This document shows, piece by piece, positions 62,947 to 64,000 of a stretch of 64,000 bases of DNA. The notes below the pieces were generated by a model. That model was given only the letters and a program-made list of their open reading frames with translations. It made no database searches and had not been told where the DNA came from. Position numbers and translations under genes: made by a program. The DNA comes from an uncultured Actinomycetes bacterium (lineage in GTDB: Bacteria; Actinomycetota; Thermoleophilia; Gaiellales; Gaiellaceae). Every line of letters starts with the position of its first letter. Position 1 is the first letter of the stretch. Location of the stretch: the NCBI GenBank assembly GCA_963809465.1, contig CAWEJU010000015.1:398295-462294 (forward strand), in the 5' to 3' direction.

Positions 62947-64000
62947 GTGTCTTCGCCCTCGAGCGGGCTGGCGTGCGGATACGCATCCGTGAGCAGTAGG
63001 AAATAGGCCTCCGTCTGCGCGTCGTAGCGCAGCGCGTAGGCCGAGAGGTTCCGCAGCCCCCACGGCGCCGAGCCCTTGACGAGCGCGTAGAACCAGGTCA
63101 GCACCGCGGAGGCAAACAGGGCCCCGCCGAGCGCAGCACTGACGAAGAACGCCGGGATCGCGAGCAGGATCCGGAAGCCGGTCTTCCAGCGGTTCTGCGG
63201 CCCCGCCCCTGCCACTTCGAGGTCGAGCGGGTAGGTGCCGGCGGCTCCGCTGAAGGCCGGGAACGGATTCCCGACGAGGAGGAGGTACGCGGACACGTGG
63301 AGCCGGTAGCGGAGGTATGCGGTGAGGAAGCGATGCAGGCCGCCCGCAGGGATGCCGCGGAAGAGCGTGACGAGCCACTGCGCGATCGCCGCGAAGAGGG
63401 CGGCGATCGTCCACAGCAGGAGCCAGAGGATGTGCGGCAGCGCGAGCAGGATCCGGAAGAAGACGGTGAGCCGCGTGCGACGCAGGTCGTAGGGATTCCC
63501 GACGACGCGAACCGGATGGCGCGGCGGCCGGTCGGTGACCGCGACGAGCATCTCCGTCGGGTCCGCGTTCGGGTATCGGTCGGTCACGAGCAGGAGATAG
63601 GCGGCCGTCTGCGCCGTGTAGCCGATCGAGTACGCCCCGGCGTCGCGCAGGCCCTTCGGCATCCGTCCGAGCGCGAGCGAGGCGAACCAGCCGAGCACGG
63701 CACAGACGAGCAGCAGGGCGCCGCCGCCCGTCCCGTTTCTCCTCTTGCTGCCGTACGAGCCGAGGTTCCCGCCGCTCAGCCCGCCGAGGGCGCCCGAGAC
63801 GAGCAGGGCCGGCACGCCGAGCAGTAAGCGGAGGAAGATCGTCCAGCGGCGCTGCTCGATGGGCTCCTCCGGCAGCCGCACGTCGATCGGGTACTCCCCC
63901 GCCCCGCCCGCGAAGCCGGGATAGGGGTCGCCGACGAGCGAGAGATACGCGCTGAGCTGCGCCTGGTAGCGGACGTAGCCGCACATCAGCCGGTGCAGGC
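62922..64000 (-). CDS. DUF4389-like membrane protein with internally repeated modules, 5' end beyond window
   Basis: Repeated units Y.R..L.VSAYL.LV.(D/N)P(Y/F)P.F..G..YP(I/L)D and RW..F.R.LL.(I/L)P. The ORF remains open to position 64000. Confidence 0.7.
   Translation of the reverse strand, partial: LHRLMCGYVRYQAQLSAYLSLVGDPYPGFAGGAGEYPIDVRLPEEPIEQRRWTIFLRLLLGVPALLVSGALGGLSGGNLGSYGSKRRNGTGGGALLLVCAVLGWFASLALGRMPKGLRDAGAYSIGYTAQTAAYLLLVTDRYPNADPTEMLVAVTDRPPRHPVRVVGNPYDLRRTRLTVFFRILLALPHILWLLLWTIAALFAAIAQWLVTLFRGIPAGGLHRFLTAYLRYRLHVSAYLLLVGNPFPAFSGAAGTYPLDLEVAGAGPQNRWKTGFRILLAIPAFFVSAALGGALFASAVLTWFYALVKGSAPWGLRNLSAYALRYDAQTEAYFLLLTDAYPHASPLEGEDTYAAAQSP

Overview
Very G+C-rich, gene-dense chromosomal core region of an actinobacterial type. 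A deep-branching Actinomycetota lineage is only a guess. I call about 75 CDS, most on the minus strand. I saw no rRNA, tRNA, CRISPR array, transposase or integrase. The content is housekeeping and the gene order resembles Firmicutes and mycobacteria. One block runs alaS-ruvX-mltG-aroE-[2 inserted genes]-aroC-aroK/B-aroQ-pepP-efp. A second runs accC-asp23-nusB-[xseB-like]-polyprenyl synthase-methyltransferase-tlyA-nadK-recN. Also present are pyrG, ald, deoB, mutM, recO, glyQS, PDRP/ppdK, mnmA, aspS, hisS, hutHUI with a glutamate formimidoyltransferase, mreB, a sigma-factor operon and two ABC exporter genes. Main observations: (1) A ~70-nt two-hairpin element occurs three times, and each copy ends exactly 13 nt before a GTG start codon. 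It shows one compensatory stem change and carries a -10-like GCGTAGGCTCG core. (2) A promoter with two LexA boxes drives an unusual operon of an imuB-like gene, a DUF6504-like gene and a GyrI-like gene. (3) Leaderless gene starts appear pervasive (TAnnnT 6-10 nt before the start codon), including divergent gene pairs only 21-26 bp apart with overlapping -10 boxes. (4) An OadA/PycB-like carboxyltransferase domain has all four metal ligands substituted and is fused to an AccB-type biotin carrier. (5) A sigma operon has a motif-degenerate RsbW-like protein and a 44-aa ORF in place of a STAS partner. (6) Three genes (recN, a secreted Ig-like protein, an ABC exporter) each need removal of one nucleotide to restore frame, and a fourth suspicious site follows a G5 run. 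This points to assembly indels or real pseudogenes. (7) A ~90-nt hairpin-rich in-frame insertion sits inside an ABC ATPase domain. Twenty-one same-strand gene junctions are 4-nt NTGA start/stop overlaps. All functional calls rest on motif recognition by eye, and no database search was run.
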